Shown in pieces: positions 26,489 through 39,609 of a DNA stretch of 64,000 nucleotides; position 1 is the stretch's first letter, and every line of letters begins with the position of its first letter. Source of the stretch: Octopus vulgaris (lineage: Eukaryota). The stretch spans positions 130,944,001 through 131,008,000 of the forward strand of contig OX597816.1 of NCBI GenBank assembly GCA_951406725.2. Direction: 5' to 3'. The notes beneath the pieces were generated by a model, which searched no databases, was not told the origin of the DNA, and saw nothing but the letters and a program-made list of their open reading frames with translations. The position numbers and the translations under genes are program-made.

Positions 26489-26861
26489 ACTGCAACATGA
26501 ATAACAACCATTTACTCATCATTACACCGAGTCCTTATATTATACAGTTTTCCACTTTTACTGCACATTGTTTCTCTTAAAATATTAATTTCACCTGAAG
26601 TCATCCGTTTAAGCCGCTACACATTGTGTTTTTGCCGTACTATGATTTGACTTCCGAATCCGTCCACTCTAAACAAATTTCAATCAGAACGGTAACTACA
26701 GTGACTTCACTGACATTTTTTTTACTTACATATCTGAATATATTTGTATGTATGTATGTATGTATGTATGTATGTATGTATGTATGTATGTATGTATGTA
26801 TGTATGTATGTTTGTATGTATGTATGTGTGTGTGTGTGAGTATGTGTGTGTGTATATATAT

Positions 26862-26946
26862 ATACGTGGTGTGATCAATAAGTATCCGGACTGTTGGTAT
26901 AGTAACGAAGTTAAAGCACAGAGAGTAAAGCCGCTTGGCACAGATT
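26862..26946 (+). mobile_element. Mariner-type terminal fragment
   Basis: TA|CGTGGTGTGATCAATAAGTATCCGGACT resembles a mariner TIR; no partner TIR seen. Confidence 0.4.
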
Positions 26947-27089
26947 ACATACATATGTAATCATCAGATTTACAATTCTACCAACACATCTTCAGATTTT
27001 TTTTTCAAAATATTGTTAACCTAATTTTACATCACCTTAAAGTTAAGCGTTGAATTATTCATTAAAAATTAAAAATTAAAAAGGTACGA

Positions 27090-28190
27090 GTCCCGCTTAT
27101 CAGACGGTCCATTTGCTGTTAGCGTCTGCTACGTGGTGGACTGGACATGACGTGGCTAGTGATGCACGGATATGCGCTGCGTCTATGACATTTCCAGATT
27201 TTTCTCGACGCTGAGCAGATGTGGTCGCTGTTTGTTAGACGCGCTTTTCTGAAACCCGTCCATTTGACAGAGCTGCAACCTTGGATCAAGCGTACACAGA
27301 GGCAGAGCGCCTGGCATTTTGAGTGTCGTCAGGTGCTCACAGCCCTCTGCGAGTCGAGCAATGCAGTTAGTTTCACCATAGCATTCTATAGAATATTATG
27401 GTGGGTAAAGCGACCAGGTCTTTGGGAAAAATCTAAATGTCGCTGAAAATCAACTGGCTGGTCTTTTCCGGAGGAATTTTGCTCCGGAGCACCGAGATAA
27501 TTTCCAGAAATCTCTAATAAGGCAGAACTACCGAGGACTATCGACGATTCGGAATCAAGTATACAGGTATAGTAATGCTATTAGTCGAATCACTTGGAGA
27601 TGCGCCAGAGCAAGGAAACTATCCTGCAGTCGCTCGTAAGGTACTAGAGTATTGCTGACTTTTATGTCGAACTGCTGCTTTCACGTGTAAAATAGATCCA
27701 TTTATCGATCAATACCATAGTGAAGATCGTCTCGCCACCTTCATGTAGTCGGGAAGGGCTAGCAATTTCCCTCTTTCTAGTGATTATGGCGAAAGATACT
27801 TGCCTCTTGTGCCAAGCACTCATCGGCTTTTTTAAAATTCCATTTCAAAAGGAAAGTGAAAGTGGAAAGAGATGAGCTGTAAATTTATTGAGAGGTGGGT
27901 GGATATGGTGAGTACATCCCATGTGGGCCTACTGAAAGTTAGTGTCTTTTACCTGAGGAGTACAGAGAAGAGAAGAGCACTTGCCATAGTACTCCTAGTG
28001 AGTAGGGTGGCTCGAATCTGTGTGGTTCCTTGGTTGCCCCAGGGTGGCGTTTCCCTGCTTTTAGAGATGCTGTTAGTTTCATGTTGTGTGTTATTGTTTT
28101 TATATTGTTTACACATGTTTATCTGTGTCCCCACTGTCTTTGTCTTTACATTGTCCTAAGTATTTTTTTTCAGTCTTTATGTCCAATAGC
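27090..28190 (+). pseudogene. L1/Tx1-clade LINE ORF2 C-terminal and 3' UTR fragments
   Basis: LIRRSICC*RLLRGGLDMTWL carries the post-RT GGL(G/D) motif; 3' part at 27840-28190; internal region deleted or replaced. Confidence 0.55.
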
Positions 28191-28217
28191 GAAAGAACTA
28201 TTATTATTATTATTATT

Positions 28218-28654
28218 GAGAGAGAGAGAGCAGCGCATGCCATCAAATACGAAGCCCAATATACTCATCATGACTACCCGTCAGTTACAATTTCTTCAGG
28301 TCGAGTAACTCATCCCGCTCAAAAGGTTCCTGAATAAGGTTTGTTTAGAGACGGTGAACGAAACGCCCATATTTCCAGATATGAATTAGTCAAACCCCAA
28401 AGAATTCCTCTCAACACATGGCTATGATGCTCCCCCACTACTTCTGTTCGTGATCAGTGATGCACATATCGTCAGCCCCTTAGGGACATGCTCAACTGGT
28501 TAAGGTCAAGCAAATGACGAGCAAATCTGCAGTATTGAGCAGAATATTTGCTGTAACCCATCTTTTATACCAAGACAAAACATGTACATGATAGCACATT
28601 CAATCAGTTACGATCAAAAGCTATGAGAGCTATTGCCTAGTACTGCATAAAAGG

Positions 28655-28656
<2 letters not shown>
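28218..28656. mobile_element. Non-autonomous element flanked by (TTA)n, copy 1
   Basis: Homologous to 29100-29517 with two internal deletions; (TTA)n on both sides. Confidence 0.8.
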
Positions 28657-28703
<47 letters not shown>

Positions 28704-28724
28704 GTTATTGTTATTGTTATTGTT

Positions 28725-28787
<63 letters not shown>

Positions 28788-28799
28788 ATTATTATTATC

Positions 28800-29032
28800 A
28801 AGGCGGCGTGCTGGCAGAAACGTTAGCGCGCCGGGCGAAATGCTTAGCGGTATTTCGTCTGCCGCTACGTTCTGAGTTCAAATTCAGCCGAGGTCGACTT
28901 TGCCTTTCATCCTTTCGGGGTCGAGAAATTAAGTACCAGTTACGCACTGGGGTCGATATAATCGACTTGATCCGTTTGTCTGTCCTTGTTTGTCCCCTCT
29001 GTGTTTAGCCCCTTGTGGATAGTAAAGAAATA
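28800..29032 (+). mobile_element. SINE family A monomer with long tail, low divergence
   Basis: AAGGCGGCGTGCTGGCAGAAACGTTAGC...GTTCAAATTC...GTAGTAAAGAAAT-type end. Confidence 0.9.
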
Positions 29033-29048
29033 ATAATAATAATAATTA

Positions 29049-29099
<51 letters not shown>

Positions 29100-29517
29100 G
29101 AATGAGAGAGCAGTGCATGCCATCAAAGTGACACTGGGTAAAATATACGAAGCCCTGTATGCCCATCGTGACTACCCGTCTAATAAGGGTACACCAGGCA
29201 CATGCATCACAACCATATGTGCGCGATATGGTGATCTCATATCAAGATAAACAGCGTATGACCTTGCAAGTGGGGCCCAGTTAGAATTTTCTTCTGATCG
29301 AGTAGCCCATCCCGCTCAAATGGTCCCTGAATAAGGATTATCTAAGTATGTTGAACGAACAACCCATGTTTCCAAAGGTGAATTATCCAAACCTCTAAGA
29401 ATTCCTTTCAACACATGGTTATGATGCTCCCCAGCTACTTCTCATGATCAGAGATGCACATTTCGTCAGCCACAAAAGGACATGGTCAACTGGTTAGGGT
29501 CAAACAACTGACAAGCA
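29100..29517. mobile_element. Non-autonomous element next to (TTA)n, copy 2 (truncated by SINE A)
   Basis: GAGAGAGCAG(C/T)GCATGCCATCAAA...CCCGCTCAAA...CAACACATGG(C/T)TATGATGCTCCCC shared with 28218-28656. Confidence 0.8.
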
Positions 29518-30172
29518 CCGGGGTCAATAAAATCCACTTAATCCGTGTGTCTGTCCTCGTCTGTCCCCTCTGTGTATAGCCTCTTGTGGGCAGTAAAAAA
29601 ATAAGAAACGTCAGCACGCCGGGCGAAATGCTTAGCGGTATTTCGTCTGCCGTTACGTCCTGAATTCAAATTCCGCCGAGGTCGACTTTTCGTTTCATCC
29701 TTTCGTGGTCGATAAATTAAGTACCAGTTACGCACTGGGGTCGATGTAATCGACTGAATCTCTTTGTCTGTCCTTGTTCGCACCCTCTATGTTTAGCCCC
29801 TTGTGAGCAATAAAGAAATAAGAAACGTTAGCACGCCGGGCGAAATGCTTACCTTTATTTTGTCTGTCTTTACATTCTGCGTTCAAATTCCGCCGAGATC
29901 GTCTTTGTCTTTCATCTTTTCGGAGTCGATAAATTAAGTAGCAGTTGTGTACTGGGGTCTATCTAATCGACTGGCCTCCTCCCCCAAAATTTCAGGCCTT
30001 GTGGCTAGAGTAGAAAAGAATCGTTAGCATGCCGGGCAAAATGCTTAATAATATTTCGTTCGTCCGTCTTTACGTCTTGGGTTCAAATTCCGCCGAGGTC
30101 GACTTTGCCTTTCAACCTTTCGATTGACCCTCTTCCCCAAAAGTTTGGTCCCTGTTCCTATAGTAGAAAGAA
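29518..30172 (+). mobile_element. SINE family A multimer (about four units)
   Basis: Units restart after AATAAGAAACGT(C/T)AGCACGCCGGGCG at about 29600 and 29817, and after GAATCGTTAGC at about 30018. Confidence 0.85.
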
Positions 30173-30449
30173 TGATCTTTTCCCCATTTCTTTACGTTCT
30201 GCGCTCGAATCCTACTGATGTCAACTTCCTCTTCTCCCACTTTGGAGGTGCTATCTTCCAGTGATATTCACAAAAGGTGGGTGACAGGCGAAAACCTTTA
30301 GCGTGAATGAAAATACTTTAAGCAAGCGCTTGTAGAGTGGAGAATAGCATTCCCATTTCTGCTAGTCTAGGTGTTGTAGGGTGCTGAGAATAGACCCGAG
30401 CAAGAGATTCATATTGATCCTTTGTTTGTATCTCTGCCAATCGCATAGT

Positions 30450-30840
30450 TCAAGATTTTGACTAAGGTGTTTGCAAAGATTGAATTTTGTCGTTGTTTGT
30501 CTGGTCGGTGATGCACAGACATTCTCATCCTTAGTAGATGGTAACCTTCACTCTATGCAGTATCTCATAGAGAGGATTGCTAAGGAGTGTGGAATGAGTG
30601 GGGCCCTGATCAACTTAGATTAATCGAAAGCTTTCAGTAAGGTTAACCACCAATACTTGGCGGCTGTCCTCACAGCAGCCGGTTTCAGTTAGTTTATCGG
30701 GGGCTGAATCAGAGCAATGTACAGTGACTTCAGTGATCAGAGTAAATAGCCACCTACAGAAAAATTTCAGTGTCGTACACTCTTTCTGTCAAGGTTGTCT
30801 TCTTTTGTCACTTCTTGTATGTACTGATTTTTGAACCAAC
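30450..30840 (+). pseudogene. L1/Tx1-clade reverse transcriptase fragment
   Basis: KILTKVFAK..LVGDAQT..GALINLD*SKAFSKVNHQYL..VIRVNSHL..QGC..LYVLIFEP, with stops and frameshifts. Confidence 0.8.
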
Positions 30841-31724
30841 TAGAATGTGGAAGAACTATATTGGATTTGGCAGTCGACGTCGTGATAGTGTCGGACGTCA
30901 TGTGCATCAAGTTAACCAGCCTCACTCCAACGGTGTACGGAGACAGTCCCCTCCCCCTACATTTCAGACTTTGTGCCTATAGTACAAAAGATTATTTCGT
31001 CCAGTTCTTTACGACCTGCCCTCAAATCTCCCCGAGGTCAACTTTCCCTTCAGCTCCTTTTTTTTCAAAGTAATATCCTCCGGTGATTTTCTCAAAAGAT
31101 GGATGACTGTGTCGAACAGACCTGCACCGATTAGACACTTTTAGAATGCAAAATAGATGAATGGGAATGGCACTTGAGTAAGTAGTCGGAGTGACAGTGC
31201 CTTTTTGGAGTTTTCTCTACTAGGGCATTTTCATGTTTAGTATGTTGTTACCTCATTGATTTTGTTGTAAATTTTTGTACACGTGTTTTCCTGTTTTGTA
31301 CCACTGTTTTTTCTACTTTTTCTGCAGGCCCTTGTGACCCGGCACTCACCACCCTCTACCAGTCGATCAATGAGCCTTCTGTGTTAGCAATATACAGAGG
31401 TAATGTATACTCTGAGTTGAAAAATCCGCCGTGGTCGGTTCTACCTTTCATCCTCTCTGGATCGATAAAATAATTACCAGTCAAGTACTGAGTTCGATGT
31501 AATCGATTAACCCCTCTCCAAAAATTTGCTGGCCTTGAGTTATATTTCAGACCTTGTACCTAAAATAGAAAGAATCATTGTCGTTGCTGTTGTTGTTGTT
31601 TATGTTGCTGCAGTTGCTGCTGTTGCTGTTATTAATATTCATGTTTAACACGGCAGCTTCACTGGAGGATGCAACATATTGTCAGCTGTCCGCAACCAGT
31701 GGACTAAGTAACACTCTTCTTTCG

Positions 31725-32380
31725 GATTCAAGAACTCTGCGGAGGAGCGGATGATTTATGCAGTTCCAAGCAACGCTATTTTCTGTAAATGCTCTATTTT
31801 CACATTAACCCTTATCTTTTCAATCCAATTTATGATTTTGGTACTTACAGTTCTCCGGGCTCTAACAACAGCAGGTATAACACTCACTTTCTTCAGGGAC
31901 CACAATCTTTATATTTCTTATTTTAGATAATCATATTTTACCTGCTGCTCTCTGTGCCTAAACCGGTTTCTTCTCTTTATTCACGACCACTATATCCAGG
32001 TTTCGATGTTCGATCCCATGTTCACATTGGATTATTACACCCCACAGTATCTTCACTTTATCATTTTCGATTACTCCTTCTGGGGTTTGCCCATATTACG
32101 TCATTGCTTTATCCAATTCACACTTGCCAACAGCTCCTAACGAATCGCTCTTGCGACATTATCGTGTCTTCTTTTGTATTATATTTAGGCCAGCTTCATC
32201 TACTCATTCCCAATATGTCATATAGTTTCCCCTTTATCATCACATAACTTGCACTTGTCACTTTGCCGTGCTGTCAATCCTGCACAACACAGATAAACAC
32301 TTCTATCTCTGGCTTCAAGTGACTTTTCTTTCCATCAGCGTTTATATTCCTGCTCATTTCTCTCGCAAACTCTCAGTACA
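31725..32380 (-). pseudogene. R4/Dong-like non-LTR retrotransposon 3' end (RLE endonuclease)
   Basis: RHDNVARAI..ENDKVKILW..LDIVVVNKE..KYDYLK..RLWSLKKVSVIPAVV..LQKIALLGTA. Confidence 0.85.
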
Positions 32381-32427
32381 TCATTTTTTTTTCAATTTTA
32401 TTTTCTTTATTCAAGGGTTTATTGGTT

Positions 32428-32765
<338 letters not shown>

Positions 32766-33494
32766 AGGTGGTGGTGGTGGTGGTGGTGGTTGGTGTTCGT
32801 GTTTTGTTGTTTTTGGTGGTGGTGGTGGTGGTGGTGGTGGTGGTGGTAGGGGCGGCGGTGGTAGCAGTGTAGCTGGAAAAAAACTGGCTCACTAATTACG
32901 TCACGTTATATTAAAACAAATTTGCTTATAATTGATATATCAATTTACTAATGAATTCTAGTGATTCAATTTTTATTTAATCATTTTAGTCAAGTATAGG
33001 ACTGCGTTCAAAATTTTTGTGGTGGCCTTCAGGTCGTTACGCGCTGTGTAATAAACTAGTGGTTTTGACGACAATGTTTAGTGAGGTTAAGGGGCTACGT
33101 ATACCAGAATACCAGAATCACTGGGGTGCCGGACTAATTCTTTCGCAGTCATTGGTTTTGATTTCAGCCGTAATCAACATTTTCTTGCATCCTTTTGGGG
33201 TCAATAAAATAAAGTATAAAATAAAGTAACCATGTACCATGTATGTAGGTATAACTAGATGTTTCTAAATGTAGTGCAATATAGAGTTCTTACTTGAAGT
33301 GATCGAAGTTACTATGAGTAGAGACTTAGTCCAAATTCGTCGAGGCATCGTTTGTCTTCGTTACTTTTCTTCTCTCATAGACCAATGAAACAATTATCAG
33401 ATGTAGCCTGGGTTCGTTTCAACCATCCATACGCCTCCTCGAAATGTTGGATCTTTTGTCAATGACAAATCATTGTTATTATTAAAAGTGGCAG

Positions 33495-34550
33495 GAGGCG
33501 GCGAGCTGGCAGAAATGTTAGCACGCCGGGCGAAATGCTTTGCAGTATTTCGTCTGCCGTTACGTTCTGAGTTCAAATTCCGCCGAGGTCGACTTTGCCT
33601 TTCATCCTTTCAGGGTCGATATAATCGACTTAATACGTTTGTCTGTCCTTGTTTGTCCTCTCTGTGTTTAGCCCCTTGTGGGTAGTAAAGAAATAGGTAT
33701 TTCGTTCTGAGTTCAAATTCCGCCGAGGTCGAACTTGCCTTTCATCCTTTCAGGGTTGATAAAATAAGTACCAGTTGGATACTAGGATCGATGTAATCGA
33801 CTCATCCCCTCCCCACAAATTGCAGCCCTTGTGGCAAAATTGGAAACTATTATTAAAAGTGGTAAAAAGGCAGCGAGCCAGGCAAAATGCTTAGCGGTAT
33901 TTCGCCCGTCTTTACGCTCTCAGTTCAAATTCTGCCGAGGTTGACTTTACCCTATATCCTTTCGAGGTCGATAAATGAAGTACCAGTGAAACACTGGGGT
34001 CGATGAAATCGACTATCTCCTCCCACAAGTTTCAGGCCTAGTACCTATAATAGAATGGGTTATTAAAAGTGGCGAAGAAGGTGAACTAACAGTATTGTTA
34101 TCGAATGTTATCGACTATCCCTCTCCCCATAACGATTTTCAGGCCTGTACATACAGAAGAAACCATCATTAAAAGCCGCGAGGTGGTAAAATCAATAGGG
34201 CATTGGATGAAACGCTTTCCAGTATTTCTTCCGGCTCTTTTCATACTTATTTGAAATAGCATTGAGTTCAACTTTAGCTTTCATCCTTTTTAGTAGCGTT
34301 AAAATTAAAATAAAAGTTTAAGGACTTGGGTCGACGGAATTGACTAATCCTCTTCCCTGAGATCTGTTGGCTTTGTGCCGAAATCAGAAACCAAATAAAA
34401 AGGGCGATGGATTGGCAGAATCGCTATAACGTCGGAAAAAATTACTTATGGTATTTCTCCTGTCTATTTACATTCTGAGTTCAAATTTCACCGAAGTAAT
34501 CGGCTAACACCTCCCACAAAATTTCAGGCCTTGTATCTACAGTCAAAGGA
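33495..34550 (+). mobile_element. Array of about six SINE family A units of graded age
   Basis: Dimer 33495-33847, then further units; TATTAAAAGTGG repeated at about 33480, 33851 and 34061. Confidence 0.85.
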
Positions 34551-34554
34551 GTTA

Positions 34555-35814
34555 CTATCAGGTCATCCCATAAGTAATGTCCGGACGTCTATATTTTCAA
34601 TTTGTAAATGCTTTTAACAGTATTTTAGAATGTCTAATAGCATCAAGTGATATTTATATGTATTTGGACATATTTAAACTAAATAAATTTCATTTTGCAG
34701 GATAATCTAATTGAAATTTCACTAATTATAGTTCTTCAAACATGGAAGTGTCTAAGGAGCAGTTGAGGTACATAATACTTTATAAGTTTAAAAATGGGAA
34801 CTCTGCCGCTGAAGTGACTCAAAATATTGACTCAGTTTATGGAGAAGAGTGCCTGAAAGAAAGAATTTGTAGAAGATGGTTTCTAAAATTCAGAAGTGGA
34901 GATTTCAGCCTTAAAGATGAGGCCTAAACAAGACATCCAATTGAGTTTGATGTCAACCTCTTTTTGGCCGAACTCGAAAAAGAACATGCAGTTTCAGTTG
35001 AAAAATTGATAAGCAAGCTTCATTCAAGCCATCTTCAACAGTTTGGAAAGGTCCTAAAACTCGGAAAATGGGTGCCTCATGATTTGTCTGAAGCCAACCG
35101 TAAATCCTGAGTGGACATCTGCCCTTCTGTTCATTCTCGTGAACTCATATTGCCCTTTTTGGACAAACTTCTGATTGTTGATGAAAAATGGGTCTTTTAT
35201 CAAACCGTTAAATGTCATAGACATTGGCTTGGTGAAGAGGAACAGGCCCAGTCACAATCGAAATGGGAACTCCATGCAAAGAAGGTTCTTCTCTCTCTTT
35301 GCTGAGATTGCAAAGGAATCACTTATTTTAGTTGCTACCAACTAATGCAGCAATCAATGCTTAAATCTACTGTCAGCAATTAGAGTGTTTGATCACTGCT
35401 GTGAAGAAAAAAAGGCCTGCTTTAGTGAATCGAATGGAAGTAATGTTTTATCAGGAGAATGCAAGACCCCAGATTGCAAAGATCACGCTACAGAAGATCG
35501 AGAAAATTGCTCATCTGCCTTATTCCCCAGAACTTGTTCCTTCAGATTACCATTTGTTCCGTAGTTTACAGAATCATTTGGATGTATTAACTCTCAAAAC
35601 AACTGGGGAAATCGAAACTGACCTTTCAGAGTTCTTCTCTTCAAAACCAAAAGAGTTTTTCACTAATGGAATTATAAAGCTTTCGAGTAGATGAAAAGAT
35701 GTCATAGATAATCATAGAAGTAATATTGTTGATTAAGTTTCATTAAAATGTAAGATTTGATCACATGTTTTCGATATCTAAAATCCGGGCATTACTTATG
35801 GGATGATCTGATAT
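34555..35814 (+). mobile_element. Full-length mariner DNA transposon (inactive)
   Basis: 30-bp TIRs TATCAGGTCATCCCATAAGTAATGTCCGGA / TCCGGGCATTACTTATGGGATGATCTGATA, flanking TA, length about 1.26 kb. Confidence 0.95.
34742..35736 (+). pseudogene. Mariner transposase pseudogene (DD34D family)
   Basis: MEVSKEQLRYIILY..RRWFLKFRSGDFSLKDE..WVPHDL..DEKWV..QENARP..YSPELVPSDYHLF; several stops and frameshifts. Confidence 0.95.
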
Positions 35815-35889
35815 TAACTAGCAGGACCCATGGAAATTCCAGTATAAGTTAGCATATTTGAAAACATTATGTTATATTAAAGGCAAGCA

Positions 35890-36078
35890 AAAAGTCGGTG
35901 AGTTAGCAGAATCGTTAACTACCGCTTAACGGCATTTCGTCTGTTGTTACGTTCTGAGTTCAAATTCCACCGAGATCGACTTTACCTTTCATTCTTTCGG
36001 TGTCGAGTATTGGGGCCGATGTAACTGCCTTGGCCCCTTCCCCGAAACTGCTGGCCTTGAGTTAAAATTTGAAACCAG
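35890..36078 (+). mobile_element. SINE family A with TSD
   Basis: TATTAAAGGCAAGCA (35875) and TATTAAACACAAGCA (36079) flank the copy. Confidence 0.8.
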
Positions 36079-36169
36079 TATTAAACACAAGCATTGAATT
36101 CCGAAACATTCTTTTGAAATCTTGCCATTTAATCAAAACTATACTTTCAAATATGATCGAAATGAACTA

Positions 36170-37228
36170 GGAAGGTATTGCTTATTTTCCTGGAGGTGTG
36201 GGAACCGCAAACGTGAGACCCACATCGAAGCTCTTAAAGAGGTTCCCAAAAACCCCCCACTAATAATGGAATTCGAACCATCTAACCTTCACAAGACACC
36301 GGGAGGTAAGTAAACTTTTCCCTTCTTTCTTTAGCTTGCCAACATGGCCATATTAAGAGTAGATATTTTTAATGTTTGAGGCCTTGGATCGCCCTGGAAG
36401 CAAGGGCGCCTGCTCAACGACCTCAAGTTTTTAGAATTGGATGTAATTGCTGTCAGTGAGACAAGGATTTCCAATACACAGGCACTGCGCCCCCCCCTCC
36501 ATGTTCAACGATTACCAGATCTTTGCATCTGTTAATCGGCCAGAAATGGGAGGTGGAGTGGCAGTGCTGTTTAGGAAAGAACTGGATCCCGTGGTAAGGT
36601 TGATCTTCCGGGACACGGACGGGAAATTGGTGGTCCTGGACATAAGCAATAGTGAAGGTGGTGTCTTTAGACTGGTGGCCGTCTACGCTCCTATCGGAGC
36701 GTAAGGCTTATAGGGACCGGATCAACAATTCGCTTAAGCAGAAGTTGACGGGGTGGGGGTCGTCAACAACAAGTGGTGGGCGGCTCTCAAAAGAGAGATT
36801 AGAGTAATATCGATAGGGTTTAGCAAAGAAGTAGCGTTAAAAAAAAACAGAAAGAAGGAGGAGTTAGTAGCTAAACTAGACTGTAGCATTGCACTACGTT
36901 CTAGCAGCGAGACGTTCTAGCAGCGAGAATGGCTTTAGATCAGTTCTTCAACGCGAAACATGAAGGTTACATTGTCAGAGCTAAGGCGCGTGCTCTAAGA
37001 AAAGAGGGGATCAAAGCTGTTCGCTGGGCCCGCGTGGCGGAGGCGCAGCGTGGTAACAAAACCATAATTCGATCTTTGACGGACTGAGACGGAAACGATC
37101 TGAGCGATTCCAGGCTGATGTGTGAGGCCTTTCACCAGCACTCTGCTCGGTTGTTCGGGGAGAGTAGCAGGGCAGAGACAGTGGCGGACTTCAGTCCCTA
37201 CCTCGTAGGCTTGCTGCACCTCTCGTTA
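36170..37228 (+). pseudogene. L1/Tx1-clade LINE: possible ORF1 end and ORF2 APE endonuclease region
   Basis: From 36344: MAILRVDIFNV*GLGS..LDVIAVSET..GGGVAVLFRK..DGKLVVLDI..FRLVAVYAP; internal deletion, then linker sequence WWAALKREIR. Confidence 0.85.
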
Positions 37229-37879
37229 TAGTTATTATTATTATTTGTTCGGTTATTGTTGTTGTTGTTGCTGTTGTAGAATAAGAAACTGACAGGAACA
37301 CATTCAGCTGTCAATAAGTACTACTGCAGCTGCTTTAAGCTACGTGAAAAAACATTTCTTTATAATTCCTATATCAATTTACCAACACTTAACTGATTTA
37401 ATTATATATTTATTACTTTATTGTATTTTAAGTTCATTACTTACCCTGTCTATTTCTTAAATCCCTCTGCAATAAATCTCAATGGACAGCAAGTAACTAA
37501 AAAAAAAAAGACTATTTTGTTTCTTGTTTGGTTGCACAAGGGCAAAAGTAAGAGCAAAAGTCAGAGACAAAATATTAAGAGATGAATGGCAAACTGGACA
37601 TTTAGAGAAAAGTTTGTTGTCCTATAAAGCCCTAGCCAAAATGCGCAATTATATTTTAAATACCCAGACACATCTGCAACAACACTCAGGTCGCCTACAA
37701 CACTATCCTAAAAACATTATCGCTCCTCAGTCAACAGAGACTACACATAAACAGAGAGGGGAAGAAAAAAAGAAAGGAATGAAAGAATGAATGAATGAAG
37801 GAAGGAAGGAAGGAAGGAAGGAAGGAGGGAGGGGGGGGAGGGAGGGAAGGAAGGAAGGAAGGAAGGAACAAAGAAATAT

Positions 37880-39397
37880 TTATAGTATCAGTAACCTTAA
37901 CTCAAGTCTTCCAAGACTATAGCTGATCCTGTTGCTCCCTTGCCAAAGGGATATCCGCCAACTTTGCAGAAATCTCTAGCTTTCTACTTTACAATAGAAA
38001 TAGTTCTGTGAGCAGTTTCTCAGCCGAGAAAGACTTCAGTCACCTTCACAACCTATTATCTTCTTCAACCTTTCCAGGTTTCTGTCTTTCATACACATAT
38101 ACCAAATGGTAAAATATACTTTTGGTCGCTTCAGACCAAGAAGGCCACCAGGATACTAATAATACTGGATATTTAAAGGACAACGTGTAGAAAACTCTAA
38201 ACCAAAGAATACCCTCTACAATATACACAGTTATCTTTAAACTTGCTGGCACATCTGCAGTAATACCCCTGCACTCTATAACAACACTGATCTAAAAGTC
38301 TTATCAGTCCCCAATCAGTAGAGAAAACGAGTGCGCGCATCAATAGCCTTTGCCCAAACCACGCTGGAACATAGAACACCAACGATAGTGGCAAAGGACA
38401 ACGAATGTACATATAATAGATTTCAAAAGTTGCTGACGCTTAACAAAGCTCAAGTGCGACTCACGTTCGTGTGTGTCTCCCAGATCGACACACATTGATG
38501 CCGCAAACACCATTGATATCTTTCTCAACTCCAGGCTTAATCTTTACCAAACTGTAATTTGTCTCTGCAATTATAGGTCGTTCGATAACTACCTCATCGC
38601 AATTACCCAACATGCATCAACATAACACATAACGCACCCTCATCCCTGTATGCTATGGTACCTACCTCAAGTCAACCGATTGATCAGAGCTCCGCCAGTT
38701 TTATGCCAACTACTCTTTGACAGCATGTGTGCTTCACTCCTAACACCTCAAAATTAGGTGGGTGACTGAAACTATTCTTTTCAATAAATCCTTTCACATC
38801 TCGTACTTAGCAACAACTCAATCTCCGAAGCAGCCATGTAGTAACTTCACAACATCGAAATTTCTATGAGCAGTATCTTCGTGGAGAAAACCTCCACCTC
38901 GGCAACCCACTTTGCAGCCAACTTCACACTGCACGTACTTTGCGAATTTACTCCTCATCTATCCTCACCTATTCAGGTTCCCACACATACTCTTAACTCA
39001 AAAAGTTTTGACGCTTTATTAGCAACCGGTTGGAACTCTCTCAAGAAGAACTTAAACTCAAAGATAAAACATACATACGTAAATACAATATAAGTATATA
39101 ATACTGAACTTGATGTCTAACACCAGATTATTAGTATTGCTATACCTGAACGAAATCTAATTTACACGCGCGCGCGCGCATACACATCCCTCTTTCTCTT
39201 TCTCTCCTTATCTCCTCTCTCCTGTCTCAATTAACTTCGACGGCAACAGGATTTTAATATTCTAAACTACCAAACTACCAATCTGTACCTTGCTTGCACC
39301 CTGATGTCACTCGATACACCTTCCTCTTGAGTTCTGGAGTCTAAGAATATCTCTACTGTCTGACAAGTCACATCCAAAATAAGAACAGTCTGTGACA
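37880..39397 (-). mobile_element. Possible decayed LTR-retrotransposon 5' portion
   Basis: Minus strand begins TGTCAC at 39397; about 270 bp later a PBS-like TGGTGTTAGA at 39125; no recognisable gag motif and no second LTR. Confidence 0.3.
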
Positions 39398-39426
39398 TGA
39401 GGTAGTTTGGCTCCAAAGGCGATATA

Positions 39427-39609
39427 CCGTATTTTTACGTGTATAAGGAACCCATTTTTTCTGTCAAAAATTAGGTTAGAAAAATATGGGAGTTTCTTAT
39501 ATATGGATACTATTATAATCCCTTACAAAACCAACTTTTCTAAATTTTAGGCCCCCAAAATTAGGGGGCTCCTTGTACACGAGGGTCCCTTCTACACGTT
39601 AAAATACGG
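39427..39609. mobile_element. pogo/Tigger-type MITE
   Basis: TA|CCGTATTTTTACGTGTATAAGG ... CCTTCTACACGTTAAAATACGG|TA. Confidence 0.85.

Noticed and set aside
33473-33685. Recurrent peptide MLARRAKC..FRLPLRSEFKFRRGRLCLSSF (also 28808-29008) as a gene family
   Set aside because: It is simply the SINE-A consensus read in one frame.
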